This document shows positions 50,792-61,392 of a stretch of 64,000 nucleotides of DNA, piece by piece. Made by a program: the position numbers and the translations under genes. A model generated the notes under the pieces. It was not told where the DNA came from and did not search any database. It saw only the letters and a list, made by a program, of their open reading frames with translations. Source of the stretch: a virus (Duplodnaviria; Heunggongvirae; Uroviricota; Caudoviricetes). Every line of letters begins with the position of its first letter. Positions within the stretch are counted from its first letter, which is position 1. The stretch is from the IMG/VR virus record IMGVR_UViG_3300044712_000123; one strand, written 5' to 3'.

Positions 50792-51159
50792 TGAAATACT
50801 TTGAAGAGGTCACTGATTGGGGTTCTGCCACAGCACAGAACCATATTTATTACTTGAAAGATGACAAGACTACTATGGTAGGTTACATCAAGCAAGGTAC
50901 TAAAGACCTCTTCAAATTCAAGCAACCCATTACGTTTTACCCTAAGGGTCGCAAGTTCGTAGAGTTGAAACGAAAGGGCGAACCTGATTCAGTATACTTC
51001 ACTAAGTCAGAGGTATTTGCACCCAAGCAAGCTATCGAAGTCGAAGGGTCGAACGGTAAAAAGTATTATCTCACTAAGATCGGTGCTAAGTACTCATGCA
51101 CATGTCCTGGATTTGCATTCAGGCATACATGTAAGCACGTTCAGGAGATGAACAAATGA
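50791..51159 (+). CDS. SWIM zinc-finger protein
   Basis: YSCTCPGFAFRHTCKH. Confidence 0.75.
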   Translation: MKYFEEVTDWGSATAQNHIYYLKDDKTTMVGYIKQGTKDLFKFKQPITFYPKGRKFVELKRKGEPDSVYFTKSEVFAPKQAIEVEGSNGKKYYLTKIGAKYSCTCPGFAFRHTCKHVQEMNK

Positions 51160-51380
51160 AATATATTCCACTGATTATTGTGGTTGGTTTTTTCTGTGTT
51201 GTGGGTTATATCGGCTCAAGTATTGTAGGGTCCTTCACTAGGATTCAAGCTCGATATGATTGTCAGTTAGCAGAAATTTCACCTGACATTCCTGTTAAAG
51301 TAAAACAGGAATGCAGAGAATTAAGGATTAAAAATGAACAAAGAAATATTCAAGGAGATAGCACTACAAGCGGGCGGTAG
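51156..51380 (+). CDS. Small membrane-anchored protein
   Basis: N-terminal TM helix; CQLAEISPD..C. Confidence 0.65.
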   Translation: MKYIPLIIVVGFFCVVGYIGSSIVGSFTRIQARYDCQLAEISPDIPVKVKQECRELRIKNEQRNIQGDSTTSGR

Positions 51381-51630
51381 TCATTACCCGGACGTGGGTG
51401 GAGCAACACTCGAAAAGTTTGCAGAATTGCTACTAGAAAAGGTAATCGAAGTAGTACAGCAAACACCAATTCATTGCGCAAGCACTACCTTTCAGCTAGG
51501 TATTGTTGAATGCACGATTGATAAAAGCGTGGAAGCAATCGAACAAACGTTCGGTATCCCACATAAACACAGGGACACAAATGAAAATCGCACTCGCATC
51601 GGACTTGCATCTAGAGTTTCAGGACATTGA
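51334..51630 (+). CDS. KFAELL family paralog
   Basis: EIALQAGG..EKFAELL. Confidence 0.6.
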   Translation: MNKEIFKEIALQAGGSHYPDVGGATLEKFAELLLEKVIEVVQQTPIHCASTTFQLGIVECTIDKSVEAIEQTFGIPHKHRDTNENRTRIGLASRVSGH

Positions 51631-52429
51631 ACTGAAAAACACTGAGGGTGCAGAAGTCCTCATTCTGTCAGGTGACATTATGATTGCAGATTACTTGCAC
51701 GATCATCCTAGCCCTGACCCATACACCCCAGGTGGTATGAAAGAGTACGGGCACAAATTGCTTATGAGCATTCGCTTCCGTGACTTCCTCAAACGGGTGA
51801 GTTTTGAGTTCCCTCACGTTATTTACGTTGCAGGTAACCACGAGTTCTATCACGGCAAGTGGAAAGGTAGTTTGGATGACTTGCGCTTTCAGTGTGCTCA
51901 GTTGCCTAACGTTTACTTTTTAGAAAACGATATCAAGACAATCGGTGAGCATACGTTCATTGGTTGTACCTTGTGGACTGACTGCAACAACGGTGATCCA
52001 TTGACACTTCACTGTCTCACTGACATGATGAACGACTTTAGGATCATTCGTAACGACACCCTTGGGTACACTAAGTTGCGTCCTGCGCACACACTAAGCC
52101 GTCACGTTCAAAGCAAACAGTACATCAAGAATATCGTTCAAGGTATGCATGATGAAAAGTTTGTGGTAGTAGGACACCATGCACCTAGCAAGTTGAGTAC
52201 GCACGAACGCTATCAACATGCTGTCCATTCTACAATGAACGGTGGCTATAGTAGTGACTTGAGCGAATTCATTATGGATCATCCTCAGATCAAATTGTGG
52301 ACGCATGGACACATGCACGACCCATTTGATTACGTGATTGGTGAGACTAGAATCGTTTGTAACCCTCGTGGTTACGGTGGTCATGATCCTCAGGCTGATG
52401 TGTTTGAGTTGAAGTTTTTGGAGATTTAA
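51581..52429 (+). CDS. Calcineurin-like metallophosphoesterase
   Basis: SDLHLE, SGDI, AGNHE, GHHAP, HGHMH, NPRGY. Confidence 0.93.
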   Translation: MKIALASDLHLEFQDIELKNTEGAEVLILSGDIMIADYLHDHPSPDPYTPGGMKEYGHKLLMSIRFRDFLKRVSFEFPHVIYVAGNHEFYHGKWKGSLDDLRFQCAQLPNVYFLENDIKTIGEHTFIGCTLWTDCNNGDPLTLHCLTDMMNDFRIIRNDTLGYTKLRPAHTLSRHVQSKQYIKNIVQGMHDEKFVVVGHHAPSKLSTHERYQHAVHSTMNGGYSSDLSEFIMDHPQIKLWTHGHMHDPFDYVIGETRIVCNPRGYGGHDPQADVFELKFLEI

Positions 52430-52430
52430 T

Positions 52431-52622
52431 ATGGGACATTGGCAAGAAAAATACGAGTCTATTGAAGTGGGCACTACAGAAGTTGATGGTGAAGTCATTA
52501 AGGTATACGGAATGATTGCAAAGAAGGACCGCTGGATTCCTAACATGATCCGTGATCCTTTGACCAACAGCATGGTCTACGACCTTACTGACAAAGAGCC
52601 ATCGACTGTTCTGGACACATGA
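52431..52622 (+). CDS. Hypothetical protein
   Basis: GGAG RBS, 63 aa. Confidence 0.55.
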   Translation: MGHWQEKYESIEVGTTEVDGEVIKVYGMIAKKDRWIPNMIRDPLTNSMVYDLTDKEPSTVLDT

Positions 52623-52714
52623 GTGATTTTGTTTCACCATATGTCTTGAGAATCTCCTCTGGTTCTGTCATAATACATGTACGTTCTAAGAACGAAACAC
52701 TTAAGGAAAATAAA

Positions 52715-52972
52715 ATGACAGCAACTAAACAGACCCGTGTCCTAGAGGCACTACAAGCCGGTGAACAACTTACAGCAAAACAAATTGGCGCACGTTTCGG
52801 CGTAGCTAATCCAACTGCAACTATCAGCGATATTCGTTTCGCAGGTTATGCAGTTTATGCTAACAAGCACACCGACACTAAAGGTCGTGTCACTACCAAG
52901 TACCGTTTGGGTCGCCCAAGCCGCGAATTGATCGCCGCAGGTTACAAGGCTATGGCACAAGGTCTAGTCTAA
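52715..52972 (+). CDS. Winged-helix DNA-binding protein
   Basis: KQTRVLEAL..LTAKQI..F.V..PTATISDIR..GY..KYRLG. Confidence 0.7.
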   Translation: MTATKQTRVLEALQAGEQLTAKQIGARFGVANPTATISDIRFAGYAVYANKHTDTKGRVTTKYRLGRPSRELIAAGYKAMAQGLV

Positions 52973-52990
52973 TCTCGTGAGAGACTGACA

Positions 52991-53016
52991 AAAAAGGCTC
53001 TTCGGAGCCTTTTTTC
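52991..53016. terminator. Intrinsic terminator, UUCG loop, possibly bidirectional
   Basis: AAAAAGGCTC ttcg GAGCCTTTTTT. Confidence 0.9.
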
Positions 53017-53076
53017 ATTTGCATTTAATTCAAAACTGTGTTACAATAGTACATCGCAAATTATCAGGAGTGTAGT

Positions 53077-53595
53077 ATGAGTTTCTTTCACAAGATTATG
53101 AATAAGCTAGGTCGCTATCGATTGATTCCCGATCGTCAAACTGGTGAAGACTATTTGCATCGGTACTACCTCTTTCTCAAAGATCGCAAATGGTTCCCCT
53201 TCAATGTCACACTGCACAAAATTGTTCGCAGTGATGACCCAATCATGCACGATCACCCCTGGTCATATACCACTATTGTCTTGAAAGGTGGTTACTGGGA
53301 ACACACTCCGGTCTTCACGAAGGATGGTACGAAGTTTGCAGAGTTTCAAACATGGCGTGGTCCCGGCTCTATCATTCATCGTAAAGCAAACGAATATCAC
53401 TGGCTTGAACTTGACGAAAGTGTAGGCCCTGCTACGACACTATTCTTTATGGGTCGTCAACAACGTGACTGGGGCTTTCTCGTACAGACCAAGAAAGGTC
53501 TGCATCGTTGGATCAAGTGGACAGACTACTTGACCGACTGGAAGAACTATCACGCAAAGTATGTGGCAAAGGCTGCAAGCAAAAAGAAAGACTAA
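53077..53595 (+). CDS. Cupin-fold protein
   Basis: LHKI..SD...MHDHPW..LKGGYWE..H.LEL. Confidence 0.75.
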   Translation: MSFFHKIMNKLGRYRLIPDRQTGEDYLHRYYLFLKDRKWFPFNVTLHKIVRSDDPIMHDHPWSYTTIVLKGGYWEHTPVFTKDGTKFAEFQTWRGPGSIIHRKANEYHWLELDESVGPATTLFFMGRQQRDWGFLVQTKKGLHRWIKWTDYLTDWKNYHAKYVAKAASKKKD

Positions 53596-53596
53596 C

Positions 53597-53902
53597 ATGG
53601 ATTACGAACAATTCTCATATTCCCCACAAGACTATGGAACTGAATTGACCGCAAATGCACATCAGGTATTGTATTGGTTAAATCGCAATGGGTATCTTGA
53701 CAGTGATGATACTATAGAACTTGCAAGTCGAATGATCGTGGTGCCAGTGAAAAACAACAAACGGTTTGGTCAGCGTTTGTTGGAACGCTTTTTTAATAAG
53801 AAATCAACTGATACCACTTACGTGTTCCCAATCACATTGCTTGAGGATCATAGTAATAATAGAGTGACAGATGACAAACCAACACTGAAGGTAGTGAAAT
53901 GA
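53597..53902 (+). CDS. Hypothetical protein
   Basis: 101 aa ORF. Confidence 0.65.
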   Translation: MDYEQFSYSPQDYGTELTANAHQVLYWLNRNGYLDSDDTIELASRMIVVPVKNNKRFGQRLLERFFNKKSTDTTYVFPITLLEDHSNNRVTDDKPTLKVVK

Positions 53903-54180
53903 ACGAAGAAACAAGAGAGATTTTAGTTATTCTAGGTGAGGAGGCAAGTGAAGTCTCTAAAGAGATTTTCAAGATCATGCGTTTTGGTCCAGATCAATGC
54001 AAGCCAGACAGTGATGAAACAAACATTCAAGCACTAGAAAAAGAACTCGGTGACTTGATGGCTATGATTGAACTAATCATGGAACAGAATGTGGGAATAA
54101 CGAACAAAGGCTTGAAAGAGGCTAAAAAGGCTAAGTTCGAGAAGCTAAAACAGTGGTCTAACATTACTATCAATAAATAA
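53899..54180 (+). CDS. MazG-like nucleotide pyrophosphohydrolase
   Basis: EEASEV..EI.K..LEKELGDL. Confidence 0.75.
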   Translation: MNEETREILVILGEEASEVSKEIFKIMRFGPDQCKPDSDETNIQALEKELGDLMAMIELIMEQNVGITNKGLKEAKKAKFEKLKQWSNITINK

Positions 54181-54183
54181 CTT

Positions 54184-54543
54184 ATGCTTGAAATTATCAT
54201 TATCGGATTCATTTTTTGGTTGGGGTACCAAGTAGGATGTCATCTTACAGCCTGGCACTTGCGTGAGTTTATCATAGAAGCTGCCAAAAAAGAAGGTATA
54301 GTCATCAAGGATAATAAAGTTGTTGACATGAACGAGACACCAACCGTATACAAACTTGCTATAGAAAAGGTTAAAGATACATTGTATCTGTACGACCATA
54401 AAGATGATTTTGTGTGTCAGGCACTAACAATAGAGGAACTAGCTACATTGGCAAAACAATATAAGAACATCAAATACGCCGCGGTGTTGTATGGAGATGA
54501 AACATATATGTTTGTTGATGGCGAAGTGAAAACAAAACTATGA
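54184..54543 (+). CDS. Membrane-anchored hypothetical protein
   Basis: N-terminal TM helix. Confidence 0.7.
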   Translation: MLEIIIIGFIFWLGYQVGCHLTAWHLREFIIEAAKKEGIVIKDNKVVDMNETPTVYKLAIEKVKDTLYLYDHKDDFVCQALTIEELATLAKQYKNIKYAAVLYGDETYMFVDGEVKTKL

Positions 54544-55079
54544 AAGTAAAACTAGGTAATTACCCTAAAAAGGGTGACCGAAGAAAAGTCAGTGTTGAGA
54601 TCGAAGGCTTTGACACATGGAGCTTTGACCACACACTTGCACATATTATCTATCCGGCACTACTTCAACTCAAAGCTGAGAAGCACGGAGTACCAAGTAA
54701 TATTGTTGATGATGTAGGCGGCGAAGATTGGGCTGCCCAAGAAAGTTTTGACTTCTACAAAGAGACTCATGATGAATCTTGGACTATTGCTAGTAAACGT
54801 TGGGATGAAATACTTGATAAAATGATTTGGTCATTTGAACAATTAATCACAGATGACTATAGTAGCAAATACTTTCACGGTAAAGCAGAATATGATTGGG
54901 TGAAGTCAGACCATACATTCCCTAACCCAATAACAGGTAAAGTAGAAGAAACTTATCAAATGGTTGACAAGAATCCAAACGACCACTGGTACGATAGTGT
55001 AGGACATCAACTACACGAGGAACGAATCCAAGAAGGACTCGATTTGTTTGGTAAATACTATCGGAGCCTCTGGGACTAA
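54540..55079 (+). CDS. Conserved myophage hypothetical protein
   Basis: DTWSFDHTLA.II.P.L..EGL.LFGKYYRSLWD. Confidence 0.8.
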   Translation: MKVKLGNYPKKGDRRKVSVEIEGFDTWSFDHTLAHIIYPALLQLKAEKHGVPSNIVDDVGGEDWAAQESFDFYKETHDESWTIASKRWDEILDKMIWSFEQLITDDYSSKYFHGKAEYDWVKSDHTFPNPITGKVEETYQMVDKNPNDHWYDSVGHQLHEERIQEGLDLFGKYYRSLWD

Positions 55080-55306
55080 TGAACGCATTCAATCACATGG
55101 TGTCGTTTTTAGATACGATGCCTAAAGTAGAGATAAGTAAACAAGATTATGAAGTCTTTTGCAAAGAGTATATCTTTGACCAACTACAAGGTAAAAGGTT
55201 TGGAAGAGCCTTTTGCGAAAGATTCGACATTGAAGACACCGTAGTTAAATGCTTATTTGACGAAGATATCGCCCGAGAAATGATTGAAGAAAATTATATC
55301 CAATGA
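55079..55306 (+). CDS. Hypothetical protein
   Basis: 75 aa ORF. Confidence 0.65.
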   Translation: MNAFNHMVSFLDTMPKVEISKQDYEVFCKEYIFDQLQGKRFGRAFCERFDIEDTVVKCLFDEDIAREMIEENYIQ

Positions 55307-55632
55307 CACACTTAGTAACAGAAAATTGTATCCAATGTAAGTACACAGATTGCGTACAAGTTTGCCCTGTAGATTGCTTCTACGAAGGCCCCAACTTCCT
55401 AGTAATCAATCCAGATGAATGCATTGACTGTGCAGTTTGTATCCCAGAATGCCCTGCAGGTGCAATCGTATCAGAAGATGATCTACCAGAAGATGAACGC
55501 AAGAAATGGTATGATATCAATGCACGATTGGCAGCAAGTTGGCCAACGATCACAAAACGCAAAGATCCACTACCTGATGCAGATCAGTGGAAAGACGTAC
55601 CTAACAAACTTAGCAGCCTCAAAGAAGAATGA
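55303..55632 (+). CDS. fdxA: 7Fe ferredoxin (FdxA type)
   Basis: [47 protein letters not shown]. Confidence 0.95.
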   Translation: MTHLVTENCIQCKYTDCVQVCPVDCFYEGPNFLVINPDECIDCAVCIPECPAGAIVSEDDLPEDERKKWYDINARLAASWPTITKRKDPLPDADQWKDVPNKLSSLKEE

Positions 55633-56168
55633 AACAAAAATATATTGACTACTACATGGATGTAGCACAGCGTACTGGTAAACTCAGTCACGCTATTCGT
55701 AGACAAGTTGGAGCAGTCATTGTTAAAGACAATAGAATTCTCAGTTATGGCTATAATGGTATGCCTACTGGCTGGCCCAACGATTGTGAATACAAAGAAT
55801 ACATGAGTCCGGATGCAGGCGGCTGGCTTAATCCCGACGAGATCGAAGAACGCTGGCCGTTTCAAGAGTGGGTGGATAAAGTCTCAGAAACAGGTGAGAC
55901 CTGGGGCTATAATGCTCGTTATCGCTTAGTCACTAAAGACGAAGTACTCCATGCTGAAAGTAACGCAATCGCTAAAGTGTCCGGCTCAACAGAATCTAGC
56001 GAAGATGCTACCATGTTCTGTACGACTGCACCATGCATTCACTGTGCCAAGATGATTTTTCAGTCTGGCATTAAAAACGTTTTCTATCGAGATACCTACC
56101 GCGATAGTAACGGAGTAGACTTCTTGGAAAAGAGTGGGGTTAATGTTACCAAATACGAACAAAGTTGA
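55629..56168 (+). CDS. dCMP deaminase
   Basis: VGAVIV..GYNG, HAESNAI, PCIHC. Confidence 0.93.
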   Translation: MKQKYIDYYMDVAQRTGKLSHAIRRQVGAVIVKDNRILSYGYNGMPTGWPNDCEYKEYMSPDAGGWLNPDEIEERWPFQEWVDKVSETGETWGYNARYRLVTKDEVLHAESNAIAKVSGSTESSEDATMFCTTAPCIHCAKMIFQSGIKNVFYRDTYRDSNGVDFLEKSGVNVTKYEQS

Positions 56169-56340
56169 AATCAGTTTAGGATACGGTGAGCTTACACCAT
56201 TGATTCGATGGTGTGAGTCAAACTGTTCTAATGAATGGGCTTATGAACAACTGTTCCCTGCAGGCAGGGATGCAGGGTTGTATGAGTTCTATTTTCAAAG
56301 TGAGAAAGACTTGGTAGCTTTTACTATATGGAAAACATAA
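56146..56340 (+). CDS. F..EKD family protein
   Basis: Ends FYFQSEKDLVAFTIWKT. Confidence 0.65.
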   Translation, partial: LPNTNKVEISLGYGELTPLIRWCESNCSNEWAYEQLFPAGRDAGLYEFYFQSEKDLVAFTIWKT

Positions 56341-56343
56341 CAT

Positions 56344-56589
56344 ATGAAATACTTTACATTTAGCCGAGAAGATAACAATTTTGACGATATCCTAAAGGAT
56401 GTCAACTTAAAGAAACGCATCGACTTTAAACTACGCTGGTACCAACATTTGATGATCGGTATGGTTGAAGATGATCGGACTAGCAGCTACATCACATTGA
56501 AGTATGGTGATGAGATGGTTAATGAGATGGTAAAGGACTTTAGTCCTATACCCGGAGTAGACTACACTCCTAAACGAAAGATTGTTTAA
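56344..56589 (+). CDS. Hypothetical protein
   Basis: 81 aa ORF. Confidence 0.65.
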   Translation: MKYFTFSREDNNFDDILKDVNLKKRIDFKLRWYQHLMIGMVEDDRTSSYITLKYGDEMVNEMVKDFSPIPGVDYTPKRKIV

Positions 56590-57323
56590 ATCTTAGCTAA
56601 CAGAATAGCTTCGGGAATACGTGTCTTAGTATTCTTGCTTCCCAACAGGACTACGGTCCTGATTCCATTGATAGTGTTCAGCATCATAACGATGCAACCA
56701 CCACTGCGATTGATAAACCCTGTCTTACTTACTAAAAATGAACGCAAACCTACTGCGGGATTTGTGTTGTGAAAGACTAGATTGTTTTTCTTGACTGGAA
56801 CTTGAACTGATGGTTTATTGCTAGCTTCTACAATTTTAGGATACGTGCTTGCAGACATTACTAATTTGATTAAGTCTTCTGCGGTACTGACGTTCATTAC
56901 GGTCAACCCTGTAGGATCGGCGAATCTTGTATTCATCATATCCAATTCGACTGCCTTACGATTCATTGCTGATATACATGCACTAAACCCACCGGGGTAG
57001 TATTCGCATATCAATCTAGCCGCTTGATTGTCTGACTTGACTATTGCTAGGTCAATCAATGTCTGTCGGTCATGTTCTTTGCCGTACATCTTAACTGGAA
57101 TGACTTCTGTTAATGACTGACCTGCGTCTAGTACGACCATGACTGTCATTAACTTTGAGATACTAGCGATAGAACGGACATCAGTAGTATGAACACCTTC
57201 TAATATATTGCCCTTCTCATCGGCTACTAACCATGCTTTAGCAGTAACCGCAGGAGTAGCACCGCATCCTATTGCAGTGCATAGCACGGATGCTAATAGT
57301 GTTTTACGTAGATACTTAACCAT
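56586..57323 (-). CDS. D-alanyl-D-alanine endo/carboxypeptidase (peptidase S11, PbpG-like)
   Basis: Signal peptide; ASISKLMT (SxxK), SDN, KTG. Confidence 0.9.
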   Translation of the reverse strand: MVKYLRKTLLASVLCTAIGCGATPAVTAKAWLVADEKGNILEGVHTTDVRSIASISKLMTVMVVLDAGQSLTEVIPVKMYGKEHDRQTLIDLAIVKSDNQAARLICEYYPGGFSACISAMNRKAVELDMMNTRFADPTGLTVMNVSTAEDLIKLVMSASTYPKIVEASNKPSVQVPVKKNNLVFHNTNPAVGLRSFLVSKTGFINRSGGCIVMMLNTINGIRTVVLLGSKNTKTRIPEAILLAKI

Positions 57324-57371
57324 AAGTTTAATATAACAGATTAACTGATTTTTAGTCAACTGTTACGGTAC

Positions 57372-57395
57372 AAAAGCCCCTTTCGGGGCTGTTTG
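57372..57395. terminator. Hairpin terminator
   Basis: AGCCCC tttc GGGGCT with AAAA on 5' side. Confidence 0.7.
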
Positions 57396-57396
57396 T

Positions 57397-57933
57397 TTAG
57401 AACCAAAGCCAGAGTGCTTGACTCATCAGTATCATCGCTAACCCACCTACGTATAAACTTGCAGTGTACAATTTGTTGTTTACGGCTAAAATAGATGCTG
57501 ATAATAGAACGATTGCGATTTGGAACAATGATCCAGCAAATGTATACCAAGGACTACGAGTCTTTGCTACGGCACGTTCATCTTCTAGTTTACGTGCTTT
57601 AGCCATCAACTCTTTCTTGCCTTCACCTGTCGCAGGATCACTTTCGTAACGTGCGATTTTCTTCTCTAGTATCTCAGCTTTCTTGGTATCCTTGCGAGAA
57701 ACAGCATCGTCTAATGCCATTTCTGCTAGCGTACCTTTGATGCTCTTAGCTTGATAGAATGCCCATGTGTTGTTAGCTTCAATCGTGTTGTTCAGCACTT
57801 TTGAGCTATTGCCACCGGCCATGTATGTATTGATTGCAAGCAACGCTGCGAAAACGACAATAACCCAGCCGGCTTTGTCTTTGATTAATGCCTCACGTTC
57901 CGAGCGTGATAGAGGTTTCTTTTCTTCTGCCAT
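57397..57933 (-). CDS. DUF4337-like membrane protein
   Basis: TM helix, WAFYQAKSIK, coiled coil, two C-terminal TM helices. Confidence 0.75.
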   Translation of the reverse strand: MAEEKKPLSRSEREALIKDKAGWVIVVFAALLAINTYMAGGNSSKVLNNTIEANNTWAFYQAKSIKGTLAEMALDDAVSRKDTKKAEILEKKIARYESDPATGEGKKELMAKARKLEDERAVAKTRSPWYTFAGSLFQIAIVLLSASILAVNNKLYTASLYVGGLAMILMSQALWLWF

Positions 57934-58054
57934 GTTAACTCCTTTGTTATTATTGTTGGTTTTAATAGCTATAGTATATTTAGCAGTTTATTGATAAATA
58001 TCAATGAGATATCAATCTCCTCTTCCAAATAAAAACAATAACAAAGGAAAGAAG

Positions 58055-59233
58055 ATGAAAAAGACCTTTTTAGCACTGGCTATAGCTGCCAGCTTTGGTG
58101 CGACCGCCCAAACCCTAATCAATCAGGGAACGTATGATAGTACATCTTTGGTTGACACGAACAGTACCAGCAACAGCACCAGTTCGGTTACTACCAATAA
58201 TACTAGCGCAAGTACTAGCACAAATACTAGTACAAGTACGGTAAATTCTAATAGTACTAACACCAACAATAATATTAACAGCGGGACTATCACGTATAAC
58301 AACAATAATAATAACGTGCAAAGTGGTACCGTGACTAATATTAATCAGAATACCAATAGTGGTACGATGACTTATAACAATAACAATGCTATGAGTGGAA
58401 GTGTTACCTACAACAACAATAACGTTCAAAGCGGTATGTTGACTAACAATAACAATAACGTCAACACTTCTACTAGCGTTAACACAAACAACAACGTGAA
58501 TTCAGGTACACAGACGTTTAACAACAATAATGCTAGTACCAGTACTAACACGAATAACAACATCAACAGTGGAACAATGACCTACAACAATAACAATGCC
58601 AGTACGTCAAATAACACTAATACCAACATCAATAGTGGTACAATGACGAATAATAATAACAACGTCAACAATAGCACAAGTGCAAGTACAAACGTGAATA
58701 CCAACAATAACGTCAACACAGGTACCATGACGTATAACAATAACAACGTTAACCAGTCTGCAAGTACTGCTACTAATAATAACAATAACGTTAACCAAAA
58801 CACTAGTACAGCGACAAACGTTAACCAAAACATTCAGTCAGGTTCATTAACTAACAACAATAACAACGTTAGTAGGATTGACCAGACGATCCATCAACCG
58901 CCACCAACAGCTATTGCTCCTGCGATGATGAGCATGGGAACTGACTTGTGCGTTACTGGTGTTAGTGCAGCAACACAGACACAAATTTTCGGTCTAAGTT
59001 TTGGATCTACTATGCGTGATGCAAACTGTGAAAGACTAAAGTTATCTAAGACTTTGTTTGACATGGGCATGAAAGTTGCAGCAGTTGCTACTATGTGTCA
59101 AGACCGTCGTATTTGGGACGCTATGATGCAAGCTGGTACACCGTGCCCATATGAAGGCAAGATCGGTGAAGCTGCCAGAGCAGAATGGGAAGCAAATCCT
59201 AAGAAGATTCCTACAGTTGGTCTAAAGGACTAA
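58055..59233 (+). CDS. Secreted Asn/Thr-repeat protein with conserved Cys-rich C-terminal domain
   Basis: Signal peptide; (N)SGTMTYNNNN repeats; C-terminal C..G.S..CERLKLSKTL..MC..TPCP. Confidence 0.8.
   Translation: MKKTFLALAIAASFGATAQTLINQGTYDSTSLVDTNSTSNSTSSVTTNNTSASTSTNTSTSTVNSNSTNTNNNINSGTITYNNNNNNVQSGTVTNINQNTNSGTMTYNNNNAMSGSVTYNNNNVQSGMLTNNNNNVNTSTSVNTNNNVNSGTQTFNNNNASTSTNTNNNINSGTMTYNNNNASTSNNTNTNINSGTMTNNNNNVNNSTSASTNVNTNNNVNTGTMTYNNNNVNQSASTATNNNNNVNQNTSTATNVNQNIQSGSLTNNNNNVSRIDQTIHQPPPTAIAPAMMSMGTDLCVTGVSAATQTQIFGLSFGSTMRDANCERLKLSKTLFDMGMKVAAVATMCQDRRIWDAMMQAGTPCPYEGKIGEAARAEWEANPKKIPTVGLKD
58200..58870 (+). repeat. Imperfect intragenic repeats (AAC/AAT runs; AGTGGTACAATGAC-like units)
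   Basis: Seen in DNA and protein. Confidence 0.8.
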
Positions 59234-59234
59234 G

Positions 59235-61262
59235 ATGAAGAAGTTTGTATTTCTTGTATTGTCGCTATTGACCACGGTTGTCTTTGCTCAATACATACAA
59301 AACGTGGGTATGATTGATGGTGCTACTGGTAACTTAGTATACACCTCGGTCAATCCACCGCCACCAGGCGCCGATCTAATAACTTGGTCTGGGTTTACAG
59401 GTACAAATTCTAATGGTGGAGGATACAGCGGCGGTTATATACCGGGATATAATTCAAACACAGGTACATTCATGTTTGGTTATACTCAAGGCACCATCGC
59501 CTATTCAACTCCAGTAAACTATGCATTATCTATGGCCGGAACGAATATTCAAGTGAATGGTTTTAAGTATTCTTGGGAATATTTTAACCAAGACTACTCT
59601 CGAGGAACTCTTAGTGGAAATATTAACTTGACTAATAAGAACGGTCAGATAGTAGAGAACTACAATTACAACATGCCACAAACAACAAGTGGCTGGACAA
59701 CGATGAGTGGTATTGAAAATTTCAACACTCAATATTCAGCCTCTACAATAGATCGCCTGAATGTGAGTTTTACAGGTAAAGATGATCGTTGGTGGGCTGG
59801 TTATTACGGTCCGCAAATTAGAGACATTGATGTGAAGTTATTATACAGCGTTGCACCTCCGCCAGTACCGACGGATTTTTCAAAGTGGGTTCCATTGACA
59901 AATGAGAATGGTGACTTCACGCTTACTAAATCTGGTGTAGTTCGCTATGGTGCTAATGATACATACGTTTATCACGAGTTCCAAGCTGGTACATATAGCT
60001 GTAGTAATAGTGCTTGGGGCACCGACCCCATAGGTGGAGTGTATAAGTCTTGTTCACTGGGTACCAATACAACGACAACTACTGTACCAAAAACCACAAC
60101 AACTACAGATACATTTACGGTGTTGCTAGATCCGGTAACTACTGTAGCTTCACCTACATCTACTACTGCGACAACACCTACTACGATTGTAACTGAACCA
60201 GTAACTGGAACTACAACAAGTACAGCACCTGCATCACAACCTAGTGTAGTTGCTTCTGTAGTATCTGCACCTGCACCGACAGCTACAACTAGTTCATCTA
60301 CCGCATCATCTAGTTCATCTACCGCATCATCTAGTTCGCAAACAACTAAAGAAACAAGTGGTTCTAGTGGGAATGTAAGTCTAGCATTAAGTATTATCGG
60401 GAAGAATTCAGAACGTGATGCTGCCGGATCAGCAGTAGCGCAAGCTGCGGTAGCACAGGCACAAGCAACCGCTACTCAAGCACAACAAGATGCAGCAACT
60501 GTTGCAGCCAGTGCTGTAGCAAATAGCATGACTGCAAATGCAGCAACTGGTGGTGGGCAACAAGCTAATGGAAGCGGCACGCGAACAAATCAAAGCACTA
60601 ACAGCACAAACTTTAGCCTACAATCAGGTGTTGCGAGTGTTGCCAGTGTAACAATAGGACCTCAGTCGCCTACACAAATGGTTGGTCAGCAACAATCAAC
60701 TGGTACTGGCATCAATATATTGAACAATCAACCTGTTATTACCAGTACTAATACTCAGCAGTCATTCTATGATTCATCCTCTGCGGTAGCATTGTTGCAG
60801 CCACAATCTGTAGCTATGTTTATTCCAACAGTAGTAGCACCGACTGAGCAACAAACACAAACAATGCAATCAACACAGACTAACACTAACACATCAACAC
60901 AATCTACTGAAACATATGCTTTGGTTACACCAAACATGTTGACCGACAAGACTAACCCACTTACTGATATCATTGAGGCGAAACAGACTATTCCTCAAAC
61001 CAGTACGATAGCAATGTCAGGACCAGTAGTCAATAAAAACACACAGGACAATGACGTTGCCGGTGGAGTTTCTATTGCTAAGATGGCTATTGATCCCGCA
61101 GGATATAATAGCTATTTGAATATAGCATTACGTGACGTAGCATTCTATGCACCAAAAGAGGTTTATAAGAATCAGCGTAACGTTGATAACGCTAGAGCAT
61201 TGCGTCTAATGACCAATGATAGCAGGCATAAAGAGATGATGGAGATGCAGTATGCTAAATGA
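59235..61262 (+). CDS. Secreted or virion-associated Ser/Thr-rich protein
   Basis: Signal peptide; beta-rich N domain; VRYGA..C..AW.DP.GGV.K.C module; S/T linker. Confidence 0.75.
   Translation: MKKFVFLVLSLLTTVVFAQYIQNVGMIDGATGNLVYTSVNPPPPGADLITWSGFTGTNSNGGGYSGGYIPGYNSNTGTFMFGYTQGTIAYSTPVNYALSMAGTNIQVNGFKYSWEYFNQDYSRGTLSGNINLTNKNGQIVENYNYNMPQTTSGWTTMSGIENFNTQYSASTIDRLNVSFTGKDDRWWAGYYGPQIRDIDVKLLYSVAPPPVPTDFSKWVPLTNENGDFTLTKSGVVRYGANDTYVYHEFQAGTYSCSNSAWGTDPIGGVYKSCSLGTNTTTTTVPKTTTTTDTFTVLLDPVTTVASPTSTTATTPTTIVTEPVTGTTTSTAPASQPSVVASVVSAPAPTATTSSSTASSSSSTASSSSQTTKETSGSSGNVSLALSIIGKNSERDAAGSAVAQAAVAQAQATATQAQQDAATVAASAVANSMTANAATGGGQQANGSGTRTNQSTNSTNFSLQSGVASVASVTIGPQSPTQMVGQQQSTGTGINILNNQPVITSTNTQQSFYDSSSAVALLQPQSVAMFIPTVVAPTEQQTQTMQSTQTNTNTSTQSTETYALVTPNMLTDKTNPLTDIIEAKQTIPQTSTIAMSGPVVNKNTQDNDVAGGVSIAKMAIDPAGYNSYLNIALRDVAFYAPKEVYKNQRNVDNARALRLMTNDSRHKEMMEMQYAK
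60289..60337 (+). repeat. 21-bp tandem duplication (2.3 copies)
   Basis: CTAGTTCATCTACCGCATCAT x2 + CTAGTTC. Confidence 0.9.
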
Positions 61263-61392
61263 TATAATTAGTTGGAATACTATGGTAATGATAGTTGTGT
61301 CTGTTTTAGCAACACACGCAGGCATCAAAATCATAAACAAGTTGTTTGAAGGAACAACAAAGAAAAAGAATTCATTGTTTTAAGGAGTGAAT

